Shown here piece by piece: positions 53,114 to 64,000 of a stretch of DNA of 64,000 bases. A program made the translations under genes and the position numbers. Source of the stretch: the human T2T-CHM13v2.0 reference genome, Homo sapiens; assembly GCF_009914755.1 (NCBI RefSeq), contig NC_060947.1; one strand, 5' to 3'. Position 1 is the stretch's first letter; the number at the start of each line of letters is the position of its first letter. Under the pieces are notes generated by a model. It was given only the letters and a program-made list of their open reading frames with translations. It did not search any database and had not been told where the DNA came from.

Positions 53114-54532
53114 ATGGCTTGTCCTTGAGAATTATATGGGATGCCAGTAATGTGTTTAATATTCCATATAGAGAAAAATGTAGCTAGAGCTTGGCTAGTA
53201 TAGCCTGGGGCATTATCTCTTTTAATAGAAGCTGGAATGCCCATCACGGCAAAACACTGCAAAAGGTGACATTTAACATAGGCAGAAGACTCTCCTGACT
53301 GGCATGTAGCCCAGACAAAGTGAGAAAAGGTGTCCACACATACATGTACATAAGCTAGTCCCCCAAACAACGGAACATGTGTGACATCCATTTGCCAAAG
53401 AGAATTAGGTTCCAATCCTTGAGGGTTAACTCCTCCTGTAAAAGATGAAGAATACACCATTTGGCAAGTTGGGCATCACTGGATAATAGCTTTAGCTTCT
53501 TTTCAGGTAATGCTGTATCTGCGTTTGAGACCAGAGGCATTAACATGGGTTAAATTGTGAAAGTGTCTGGGGTTAGGTATTGCAGTAGCAACTAGGCAAT
53601 CAGCCATTTGATTCCCTTCAGTTAAAGGCCCTGGAAGAGGTGTATGAGCCCTAATGTGAGTGACGTAAAAAGGGTGCATTCTACTCCTAACTGCTGTTTG
53701 CAATTGGGTAAATAAAGTCATCAGTTGTTCATCTGTATGAAATCGTAACTGAGTATTTTCAATTAATTGTGTGGAATGAACCACATATGAAGAATCTGAT
53801 ATCACATTAATAGGCATATCGAAATCAGTCAATACCTCAATTACAGCTACAAGCTTGGCTTTTTGAGCTGAAGTATAGGGCATCTGAAAAACGTTACCTT
53901 TTGAGACAGAATAAGAAGCTTTACCATTACTAGGCCCATCTGTAAAAACATTCTCAGCACCTTCAATTGGTTTAAATTTAGTTCTTTTAGGGAGAATCCA
54001 ATTAGTTAATTTCAAAAATTGAAATAATTTTATTGAATAATGTAACACTGTGAAAATTTTTTTACCAGTAGGTTCAATTGCTTGCCCTACATACATCTGG
54101 CAAATTGTTGGACTGTTTAACATGCTTTGTGGTAACATTTCCCCATGTAAACACTTAGCAGGCTGCAGGTTGTTTACTGCAGGAATTGTAACTGCAAACC
54201 ATTCACAGTTTTGCTCAGCTAAGGGGGTAGTAAATAAACAGTCTTTTAAATCTATAACTATTAAAGGCCAATTTTTTGGAATCATAGCAGGAGAAGGCAG
54301 TCCTGGCTTCAATGTCCCCATAGGTTGTATAACTGAATTAATGGCTCTTAAATCAGTTAACATTCCCCATTCACCCGATTTTTTCTTGATAACAAAGACT
54401 GGAGAATTCCAGGGGGAAAATGTTGGAGCTATGTGTCCTTTTTCTAATTGTTCAGTAACTAAGTCCTCTAAAGCCTCCAGTTAATCTTTCCTTAGTGGCC
54501 AACGTTCTATCCAAATTGGCTTATCTGTTAAC
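53114..54532 (-). pseudogene. HML-3 pol remnant (RT N-half, RNase H, integrase N-half)
   Basis: LTDLRAIN..IVIDLKDC..LPQSMLNSPT; VFTDG..HIRAHTPLPG; [26 protein letters not shown]. Confidence 0.92.
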
Positions 54533-55646
54533 TGTTTTGGGAAGTCAGGGACCCCAATGGAGGGACCAGCTGAAGCCATGGCAGAAGAACATAAATTGTG
54601 AAGATTTCATGGACATTTATTAGTTCCCCCAAATTAATACTTTTATAATTTCTTATGCCTGCCTTTACTGCAATTTCTGAACATAAATGGTGAAGATTTC
54701 ATGGACACTTATCACTTCCCCAATCAATACCCTTGTGATTTCCTATGCCTGTCTTTACTTTAATCTCTTAATCCCATCATCTTCATAAGCTGAGGAGGAT
54801 GTATGTCACCTCAGGACCCTGTGATGATTGCGTTAATTGCAGAAATTGTTTGTAGAGCATGTGTGTTTGAACAATATGAAATCTGGGCACCTTGAAAAAA
54901 GAACAGGATAACAGCAACATTCAGGGAACAAGGGAGATAACATTAAACTCTGACTGCCGGTGAGCTGGGTGGAACAGAGCCATATTTCTCTTCTTTCAAA
55001 AGCAAATGGGAGAAATATTGCTGAATTCTTTTTCTCAGCAAGGAACATCCCTGAGAAAGAGAATGCATCCCTGAGGGTAGGCCTCTGAAATGGCTGCTTC
55101 AGGGGCAGTTTTATTATATGGTCCCAGCTGTAGGGATGAAATAAGCCCCAGTCTCCCATAGTGCTCCCAGGCTTATTAGGATGAGGAAATTCCTGCCTAA
55201 TAAATTTTTGGTCAGACCTGTTGTCTGCTCTCAAACCCTGTCTCCTGATCAGATGTTATCAATGACAATGCATGCCTGAAACTTCATTAGCAATTTTAAT
55301 TTCACCCCAGTCCTGTGGTCCTGTGATCTTGCCCTGCCTCCATTTGCCTTGTGATATTCTATTACCTTGTGAAGCATGTGATCTCTGGTGAACCACACCC
55401 TATTCGTACACTCCCTCCCCTTTTGAAAATCACTAATAAAAACTTGCTGGTTTTATGGCTTGGGGGGCATCACGGAACCTGCCAACATGTGATGTCTCCC
55501 CCAGACACACAGCTTTAAAATTTCTCTCTTTTGTACTCTGTTCCTTTATTTCTCAGACCAGCCAACACTTAGGGAAAATAGAAAAGAACCTATGTGAAAT
55601 ATCAGGGGTGAATTTCACCTGATATCTGGCTGAATTTCCCCCGATA
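54533..55646 (+). mobile_element. Solo MER11 LTR (HERV-K HML-8) inside HML-3 pol
   Basis: TGTT..GGGAAGTCAGGGACCCC..GGAGGGACC ... GGCTGAATTTCCCCCGATA; TSD GTTAAC at 54527-54532 and 55647-55652. Confidence 0.93.
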
Positions 55647-55779
55647 GTTAACCATTTTAAAGGTATAGGTTCTGGAGGCTTAACAATGGCAACAATCAAA
55701 AATGATATCCTAAGCCTTGGCGGGAACTTTGTCTTTCCGTTTGAAGTGGTTCCTTCAAACCTTGCAAATTTTTTCCTAG

Positions 55780-56600
55780 TCACATACCAGGGAAATACCC
55801 TATTTCATGCATCATATGTTGACTGTGAGGGCTGTATAATTGCTCTGGAATTAGAACGTGTGCTCCCCATTGTTGTAATAAATCTCTCCCCCATAAATTT
55901 ATAGGTACAGAAGTTGTAATTGGTTGAATACTCCCAGGTTGTCCATCAGGTCCTTCACAATGCAAAATATAACTACTTTGATATACTTCAGTGGCTTTAC
56001 CAACTCCAACTATGTTAAATTGAGTGGGTTGAATTGGCCACACGGATGACCAGTGCTGTAGAGAAATGATTGAAATGGCCACTCCTGTATCTACCAAACC
56101 TTTAAATTTCTTTCCCTGAATAGTTATTTCACAGGTAGGATGTTTATCATTAATTTGATTCACCCAATAAGCTGCTTTGCCTTGTTTATTTGTGCTTCCA
56201 AATCCTCCAGTTCTTTTAATTTAACTTTTCCACATTTCCACATATGGCACACTCAGGAGTTGTGCTATACACTCCACTCTCCTGGCTCTGCTTTACAGGG
56301 AACAGAAGTAGATATAACAATTTGAATTTCCCCATTGTAATCTGAATCAATGACTCCTGTATGCACTTGCACTCCTTTTAAATTTAAACTAGACCTGGCT
56401 AGAAGTAATCCTATTGTCCCCACTGGCAAGGGTCCACAGACCCCTGTTGGAACTTTTTGCAGGGGTTCCCCAGGCAGAAGGCTGACAGCTTTTGTGCAGC
56501 ATAAATCTACTGTGGCACTACCTGCTGTGGCAGGGGACAGACATTGTACGGGGGTGAGGGAGTGGCCTGTGCCAGAAATGCCCCAGTTTGGAATGGGGCC
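55780..56600 (-). pseudogene. HML-3 dUTPase-protease remnant
   Basis: RSSLNLKGVQVHTGVIDSDYNGEI (dUTPase), GLVDTG and INLWGRDLL (aspartic protease). Confidence 0.9.
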
Positions 56601-57898
56601 CAGGACAGGCCCCTCATGGTGTTTCCTGAAATCGGGTTCCCATCTTTATCTAATTTAGAATGACACTGATTGGACCAATGCTTTCCTTTTATACATTTTG
56701 GACATATTTCAGGCTCAGCAGTTTTCTTTTTTCCCCCATCTGGCAGCCTAACTCACTGATTTTTTCTACATTCTTTTTTAGTATGACCATGCTTCCCACA
56801 ATTAAAACAAGCTCCAGGAAACAGAGTATTTCCTTTACCCACTCTCAGTCCTGCCATTGCCTGGGCTAGCAGAGTAGCCTTATGCAGATTACCTCCGATA
56901 CCATCACAGGCCTTGATATAATCAACTAAATGTGCTTTCCCTCTAATAGGTCACAGAGCAGCCTGGCACTCTGGATTAGCATTGTTGAAAGCTAATGACT
57001 GCAACACTATATCCTGAGCAGCCAAATGTGCAATCACTCTTTTAAGAGACTCCTGTAACCAAGCTATAAAATCTGTGTATGGTTCTTAGGGTCCCTGTTT
57101 TACAGCACTAAAGGAAGGGTATTGTTTTCCACCTGAAGTGGTTTTTTCCCAAGCTCTAATGCACACTCTTCTAAGCTGTTCTATGGCATCATCCTGCATG
57201 GCCACTTGTGCATCTAAACCAGCCCAGATGCTGACCCCCAAAAGTTGGTCTGCAGTTATATTAATTTGAGGTTGGGCCTGGGCATTGTGAGCAGCCTGAA
57301 TGGAAGCTTCATCTGCCCACCAATTTTTAAATTGTAAGAACTGAGCAGGAGTCAGACAAGCTCGAGTAAGAGCATCCCAGTCAGTAGGAATCATCCGACT
57401 GGAAAGAGCAACATTCTTTAACAGTCCCATTACGAAAGCAGAACCTGGTCCATATTGATGAATAGCTTGTTTAAATTCTTTGAGTAATTTAAAAGGAAAA
57501 GGCTCAAATGTAGTTATAATATTTCCCTGTTGATCTGGGGGGTGTATCCTAACAGGGAACTGCCAAGCCTCTATATTACCCTTACATCTAGCTTGCTGGA
57601 TTTCTGTCTGAATAGAACTGAGGGTGGTTGCTCGAGGCACTGCTCAAACAGTCACTGGGGCAACTACTTTTCACCCAGTGTCCTCTGGAAAAGAAAGATC
57701 TGGAGGGTCAGGCCACTCTTTTTCTTCAAAATAAGGAGGGGGTGCAGAAGGGTCAGGATGGACCTCTTCCTCCTTTGCCACTTTAGCTTTAGCTGGCAAA
57801 CAAACCTGCTCTGTTACTTCATTATACCCTCCTTCCTCCTCATCATCAGTGTGAAAAGGTGCCAAGGTGGAATGAACCAGAGCCCACACTTGTCACAT
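56600..57898 (-). pseudogene. HML-3 gag remnant
   Basis: AWQFPVRI..FKLLKEFKQAIHQYGPGS..PTDWDAL..FLQFKNWW; zinc knuckle CFNCGKHGH; interrupted by stops. Confidence 0.9.
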
Positions 57899-58903
57899 TG
57901 TTACCCTGATGCTTCCGAGCTCCCCTTCTTACTAACCATGGGGATTGCTTAAGAGTACTCGGGTGTCTTCCAGCTTAGTTCCACGTTCTCCAACTGTCAC
58001 TCCAGTGACCCTTTGACCTGGGTTCGAGCCCCATGTGTGGGCACCTCTTGCCAAGACCAGCTCGGTCAGGGAGACCCTAACCCAGTGGTGCTAGAGGAAT
58101 GAAAGACACACACTCAGAAATATAGCATGTGGAGTGGGAAATCAGGGGACTCACAGCCTTCAGAGCTGAGAGCCCTGAACAAAGATTTACCCACATATTT
58201 ATTGACAGCAAGTCAGTGATAAACATTATTTTTATAGATTATAGATTAACTAAAAGTATTCCTTACAGGAAACAAAGGGATGGGCTGAAACAAAGGGATG
58301 GGCTCTGGCTAGTTATCTGAGCAGGAACATGTCCTTAAGGCACAGATCGCTCATGCTATTGTTTGTGGTTCAGGAACGTCTTTAAGCAGTTTTCCACCCT
58401 GGTGGGCCAGGTATTCCTTGCCCTTATTCCGGTAAACCCACAACCTTCAGCGTGGGCATCATGGCCATCACAAACATGTCACAGTGCTGCAGAGATTTGT
58501 TTATGGCCAGTGTTGGGGTCAGTTTATGGCCAGATTTGGGGGCCTGTTCCCAACAATTCTGCCAGTGAATGGTCTACCAGCATGCCAGCGTCTATCATGT
58601 GCTGTTTTGCCAGCGTGCTCGCCTCAATGTCCTCTCACCATCCAGTTGCTTATGTCTTCTTTCACTGATGTGTTCCTCTTGACATCCAGCCACTTGTGTG
58701 CCTACCTGTTAGGGACTGGGGGTTTTTATAGGCACCGGATTTTGGCATGGCAGGCCAGGGAGGTCTTGGGAAATGCAGCATTTAGGCGGAAGGGCAGGAG
58801 TGCATGCCCTCATCTAGCTCCATGGGGACAGGCCTGGGGGTGGAGCCCTTGTCAGGGACCCACCCTTCCCTTCCCAGCACTTCCCTGCCTGCCTTTCATA
58901 TCA

Positions 58904-59520
58904 ATATAATAAGAATACTTGTAGCAACATTGTTAATCATAGCAAAGTAAAAACCCACCAATAACCAAATAACAACAATAACTAAAAACAATATCAATAC
59001 CCAGTGATGAGAAAGCAGAAAAATGAGATCTATTATAGCAAATACAAACAATGTAATGAAATACAGCAGTATAAGCAAGTGAATTTTAGCCATACAGCCA
59101 AACAGACACACACAACATTGCTGAATTTTAAGAACATAATGTTAAAAAAAAGGTAAGTCTCATAAGATGATATACATAATACTGTTATTTAATAAAGCAC
59201 AAAACAAACAAAATAAAATAATACATTGTTTATACATGTAGATGTGTAATAAAGCTACAGAAAAAGCAAGGAAACAATGATCAGATATTTAAGGACAGTG
59301 GTTACCTCTGGGAGGTAGAAGGAGAGAGACAGTTGGCATAGGGGATGAACATAGATGTAGATACCATAATATTGGTAATGCTTAAGTTCTTCAGTTGGAT
59401 GGTGAGTACACAAATGTTAATTTTATAATTATACTTCATAACTTGTATATGTGTATATTCTTTTGTAGGTATCAAATATTACATTTTAAAATTAGAATAA
59501 AAATGCATATACTCACAAAA
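58904..59520 (+). mobile_element. L1ME-type 3' fragment
   Basis: GTAGCAACATTGTTAATCATAGCAAA..AGTGGTTACCTCTGGGAGG..GGATGGTGAGTACACAAATGTT. Confidence 0.7.
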
Positions 59521-59889
59521 GGTTTCATATTTTAAAAAGCAAATTAATTCAATGATACATATTATTACCTTAGAGTGGTCAAGATTGGGGCAAGAAGAAC
59601 AAGATAGATAAAAAGATAGGTAGATGGATAGAAGAGTGGGCCAATGTACGTGTATAAATGAATACATATATAAAACAGAAGAGAGGGTTCTTGTATGGTT
59701 CACAGAATGTGATGACTAAGGCTTATTATTAAATCAAAATCTTGCCCTCAATATCTTCTCTCAAAAAGTTATAATATTTTTAAATTAAAATATGTTTTAC
59801 AGAAAGCTTTATTTTTAAAAGAATAAAGTTATTATTCAACATATTCTTCTCCTGATTTCCTTCAAAATTCTCATAAATAGAACTGTCAC

Positions 59890-59980
59890 ATGGTTCAGGC
59901 ATATGATACCAGCAACTTGGGAGGCAGAGGTGAGAAGGTCTCTTGAGCTCAGGAGTTTGAGGCTGCAGTAAACTATGGTA
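59890..59980 (+). mobile_element. FLAM/FAM-like Alu monomer fragment
   Basis: CCAGCAACTTGGGAGGCAGAGGTGAGA..CTTGAGCTCAGGAGTTTGAGGCTGCAGT. Confidence 0.7.
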
Positions 59981-60268
59981 ATTTTATTTTATTTGGAAAG
60001 GTAAAAGGATTGGAGATCAAGTCACTTTTTAAAAAAATAGGAGAAAAAAACTTGGAAAAATATAAGTGTTGAAGAGCCCTAAATTATACTTTTTAATTTT
60101 ATTACACTCTCTTTGAATTTGTACAGAATTACAGTCACTCATATGGTTTAATCTTATTGTGTCTTCATAGTAGTAACACTACCAGCTCATCCCAACCATA
60201 AGGTATCACTTGAATGTCTACAAAAAACACCTTTGGTTTTTGAATCAGGATGCACGGAGAACAGAATC

Positions 60269-60508
60269 CAGTTGATCCTTGAACAACACTGATTTTAACT
60301 GTGTGAGTCCATTTGTATGTGGATTTTTAAAAATGAAATGTGGATTGAATATATGGTATTTGTGTGGTGTGAACCCCGCATGTACATGAGGGCCAACTTT
60401 TTGTATATGCAGGTTCTTCAGGGCCAACTGCTGGACTTGAGCATGCATGAATTTGGTTATGCAGAGTCCTGGAACCAATCAATTCCCGTGTACACTGAGG
60501 AATGACTG
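60269..60508. mobile_element. MER8-like Tigger-family MITE
   Basis: Ends CAGTTGATCCTTGAACAACAC / GTACACTGAGGAATGACTG. Confidence 0.75.
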
Positions 60509-60824
60509 TACTTTCACTTAGCTTATTTTAAATCTATATTTTTGAGGCCTTTGAATACTTTCATAGAAAGCTATTTGAACCACTTTGAGGTGTTACATAG
60601 AGATATCACAAATATAAATTATTCATGTTAAATTAATAGGGAAAACCACACTGCATCCATAGATATAGCTTATTTCATCATGTTGAGCAAACAGCTCCCC
60701 ATTTTATTCTCCTTTCTTCCTTTTCCTTTGTCCTCCTCCCATCTCCCACCTTACTTTATTTTCTCCTTTCCCTCTCTTAAAGCAAAACAAGCACTAAAGT
60801 GGAGACTGCATATGATAACTTGAA

Positions 60825-60948
60825 ATATCTAATGTTAAATGACGAGTTAATGGGTGCAGCACACCAACATGGTACATGTATACATATGTAACTAACCAGT
60901 ACGTTGTGCACATGTACCCTAAAACTTAAAGTATAATTAAAAAAAAAG
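60825..60948 (+). mobile_element. Very short L1PA4/5-like 3' end
   Basis: AATGTTAAATGACGAGTTAATGGGTGCAGCACACCAACATGG..CCCTAAAACTTAAAGTATAAT plus A-tail. Confidence 0.9.
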
Positions 60949-61618
60949 AAATTTTACAAAACTAGTTTTCATCAAGAAAGACCTAAATACGGTTTCTATT
61001 AGTTTATAGAGTTCCTAAAAAAGGCAAAGCTATTACTTGACGGTTTGAGTTCAATTTAGCAAAAACAAGCGATTGGCTGACAGAATCTCCTATTTCCAGG
61101 ATGAGTTATCATTCTCTTTCCACATACATATTGTCTTATATTCATCAGTTAACAATTACTAATATTTTCAGATTTTTACTAGTAGCATCATTGACACAAG
61201 GGTTGAAAATAACATAAAGCTGCCTGAACTTGAGATATATATTTACCTTAAAAACAGAGAAGTTATTAGTACTTGGAGCTTGGATACAGTTTTTATAGGA
61301 AAAGTAATATACTTTCTTTCCATTGATATTCTCTTCACCCAGTTTTTTCTACTATGCATACAGATTCATTTGCACACATGTGTACATAATATACATGATT
61401 AATAGAATATTAGACAGTCAAAATACACTCTTTGTTAACTAAAGATAAGACACTTTTAGTGAGCAAGATAGTTTCAAAGATGCAGATCTTTTGCATATTG
61501 TAAATAAAAGTGAAGATTATTAGAATTTAAAATCTAGGTTATATTTAGATTTGGAGTGAAAACTGTATATTTAACATATATGGTACTGTCAATATATATC
61601 CAGTTAATGAATAAATAT

Positions 61619-61640
61619 TGTGTATATATATATATATATA

Positions 61641-61680
<40 letters not shown>
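61619..61680. repeat. Compound (TA)n(TG)n microsatellite
   Basis: Direct reading. Confidence 0.92.
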
Positions 61681-62269
61681 CTTCACAGGTTATAAATAGA
61701 AAAGAAGCTTATTGAGTATGTTCAATGACCAAGAAAGTACTTATTTTAAAGGAAGGTTGTCCACAGTGGCCAAGAAATAATTTCTTCCTAGTAATACTAA
61801 TGAGAAAATAACAAGTAGCAAGTAGAAAAAAAGTGCCTGTTAATTAGGACACAATAATTATTTTCTGGATGAGTAAACAGATGAGATAAACATTGAAAGA
61901 TGACTAGATTGAGGAGTTAGAAAATATGTTATTCAAAGAGTGACCACTAACTATTTGCACGTACTTGATCAAGTAAAATTACCATTCCAGCTTCAGCTTA
62001 TCTATCTGTAAAATCAAGATAATATACCATGTGATCTTTGAAGTACTTCACAGCTTTATCATAACATTATTTTGTTTAATATTACATGAATGCATAGAAA
62101 TCTGTGTGCTACACTGAATATACACAATCAGGTAAAAGTGAAGTATATCTTTATTATAATAATTAAATTGAAATCAGTAGGGTTATGTGACTTTTCCAGT
62201 AAGTGTTACAAAACTACTTAGGGACAGGTCTGAGAATATAACATAACCCAAAATCTCTAGTTTAATTCT

Positions 62270-62640
62270 TCTACCTGCATTTATGTAATAAATGACATTA
62301 TTTCATCATTTTATTTATCTAGGAATTTTTAAATTTTATAATATATGTCCCACACTGTACTAGGCACAAATAATTTAAAATGAATTAAAAATTATGCCTA
62401 AAATAATGTAGCTTACATTCTAACTGAAAAAGATGCCAAAAAACGTAGTGTGGTAAACACTTTGATAGGGAATGTGCTCAATATATGGGACCATAGTAGA
62501 AACATTGCCACATTTCTGAGTTGAACCTTGAGGACTAAATAAGAGTTTACCATGTCAAAAATGAGAAATAATTAATGAAAGCAAAGTAAATAGCATGAAT
62601 AAAGGCACTGAATTATAAAGTTAGTGTCTGGAGCAATTAG
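62270..62640 (-). mobile_element. L2 fragment
   Basis: ATGTCCCACACTGTACTAGGCAC..GCTTACATTCTA..TTCTGAGTTGAACCTTGAGG..AGCATGAATAAAGGCACTGA. Confidence 0.55.
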
Positions 62641-62647
62641 AGAACTT

Positions 62648-64000
62648 ACTTTTTATTTTTATTTCCAACTTTTATTTTAAGTTCAGGTGTACATGTGTGG
62701 GATATGCGGGTTTGTTAACATAGGTAAATGTGGTGCCATGGTGATTTGTTGCACAGATCATCCAATCACACAGGTATTAAGCTGAACATCTATTAGCTGT
62801 TCTTCCTGATCCTCTTACTTCTCCCACCCTCCACCCTCAAACAGGCCCCAGTGTGTGTTGTTCCCCACCATGTGTCCATGTGCTCTCATCATTTAGCTCC
62901 CACATGTAAGTGAGAACATGGAATATTTGATTTTCTGTTTTTGCATCAGTTTGCTAAGAATAATGACTTCCATGTCCAGCCATGTCTCTGCAAAGGACAT
63001 AGTCTCATTCATTTTCATGGCTGCATAGTATTCCATAGTGTATATGCACTACATTGTCTTTATCCAGCCTAGCATTGATGGATATTTAGGTTGATTCCAT
63101 GTCTTTGCTATTGTAAAAAGTGCTGCAATAAACATACACATGCATGTGTTTTTATAATAAAATAATTTACATTAATTAGGTATATACCTAGTAATGGTAT
63201 TGCTGGGTTAAATGGGATTTCTGCCTCTAGGTCTTTGAGGAATCTCCACGACAATTGTTGAAATGATTTACACTTGCACGAACTGTGTAGAAGTGTTCCT
63301 TTTTCTCCACAGCCTCACCAGCATCTGTTGTTTTTTGGCTTTTTAAAAATCACCATTTGACTGGTGTGAAATGATATCTCATTGTGGTTTTGATATGCAT
63401 TTCTCTAATGATCAGTGATGTTGAGCATTTTTAATGTATGTTCATTGCATGTATGTCTTCTTTTGAGAAGTGCCTGTTCATATCCTTTGCCCAGTTTTTA
63501 ATAGGGTTGTTTGATTGTTTTTTCTTGCAAATTTGCTTAAGTTCCTTATAAATGGTGAATTTTAGACCATTGTCAGATGCATATATTGCAAAATTTTTAT
63601 CCCATTCTCTAGGTTGTCTGTTTACTCTGTTTATAGTTTCTTTTACAGTGCAGAAGCTCTTTAATTAGATCCCAGTTGTCAATTTTGGCTTTTGTTGCAA
63701 TTTCTTTTAGCATGTTTGTCATGAAATCTTTGCTCATGCCTATGTCCTGAATGATATTGCCTAGGTTATCTTCTAGGGTTTTTTGTTTTATTTGTTTCAG
63801 GTTTTACATTTAAGTGTTTAATCCGTCTTGAGTTTATTTTTGTATATGGTGTAAGAAGGGGATCCAATTTTAGTTTTCTGCATCTGGCTAGCCAGTTCTC
63901 CCAGCACTATTTACTAAATAGGGAATCTATTCCCCATTGCTTGTTTTTGGCAAGTTTGTCAAAGGTCAGATGGTTGTAGGTGTGTGATCTTATTTCTAGG
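62648..64000 (-). mobile_element. L1PA8-13-like 3' end and ORF2 end, running off the window
   Basis: Poly-T, then ACTTTTATTTTAAGTTCAGG..CCATGGTG..GCACAGATCA; antisense ORF2 sequence to the window end. Confidence 0.92.

Larger units (their letters stand above)
52944..58555 (-). mobile_element. HERV-K(HML-3)/HERVK9 provirus with MER9 LTRs, internally deleted; 5' LTR 58555-58049, truncated 3' LTR ~53114-52944
   Basis: MER9 TGTTGGGAACAGGCCCCCAAATCTGGCCATAAAC; tRNA-Lys-like PBS at ~58046-58026; 6-bp TSD ATTCTG (52938-52943, 58556-58561); betaretroviral gag, dUTPase-pro and pol. Confidence 0.93.
52468..58903 (-). mobile_element. LTR1/MER52-like solo ERV1 LTR (52468-52943 and 58556-58903), split by HML-3
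   Basis: TGAAACAGGAAAAGTTCCC ... CTTTCATATCA, TSD ATAT (52464-52467, 58904-58907). Confidence 0.8.

Noticed and set aside
58017-58046. tRNA-like sequence GGGTTCGAGCCCC
   Set aside because: It is the HML-3 tRNA-Lys primer binding region, not a tRNA gene; the same applies to the Gly (28639-28656) and Arg (33682-33699) matches.

Overview
Primate (almost certainly human) non-coding genomic DNA: AT-rich, CpG-depleted and dominated by transposable elements. I find no protein-coding gene. Every long ORF in the track is a decayed L1 or ERV frame or a chance ORF. The only gene I recognise is a MADE1-derived hairpin at 12429-12514 (minus strand). It matches, from memory, the hsa-mir-548m precursor (mature CAAAGGUAUUUGUGGUUUUUG), which would place the window in the L1-rich Xq21.33 gene desert; BLAT is needed to confirm this. 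From left to right: (1) 1-3.3 kb, Alu, L1 and MLT2/Ricksha pieces; (2) 3.5-5.3 kb, a very old non-LTR retrotransposon RT relic; (3) 5.9-12.2 kb, a mostly unique island with MIR/L2 fragments; (4) 13-52 kb, a deeply nested L1 stack containing an ERV1 provirus with a tRNA-Gly PBS, a truncated MER4A provirus, THE1/MST elements, a probable L1 3' transduction and a young solo LTR7; (5) 52.5-58.9 kb, an LTR1-like > HERV-K(HML-3) > MER11 triple nest with intact TSDs. I did not find a convincing new biological system. The best leads are the transduction, the symmetric mutations in the miR-548m hairpin, the LTR7 and the unique island. Repeat subfamily names come from my recognition of consensus sequences, not from a search, and boundaries without TSDs are approximate.
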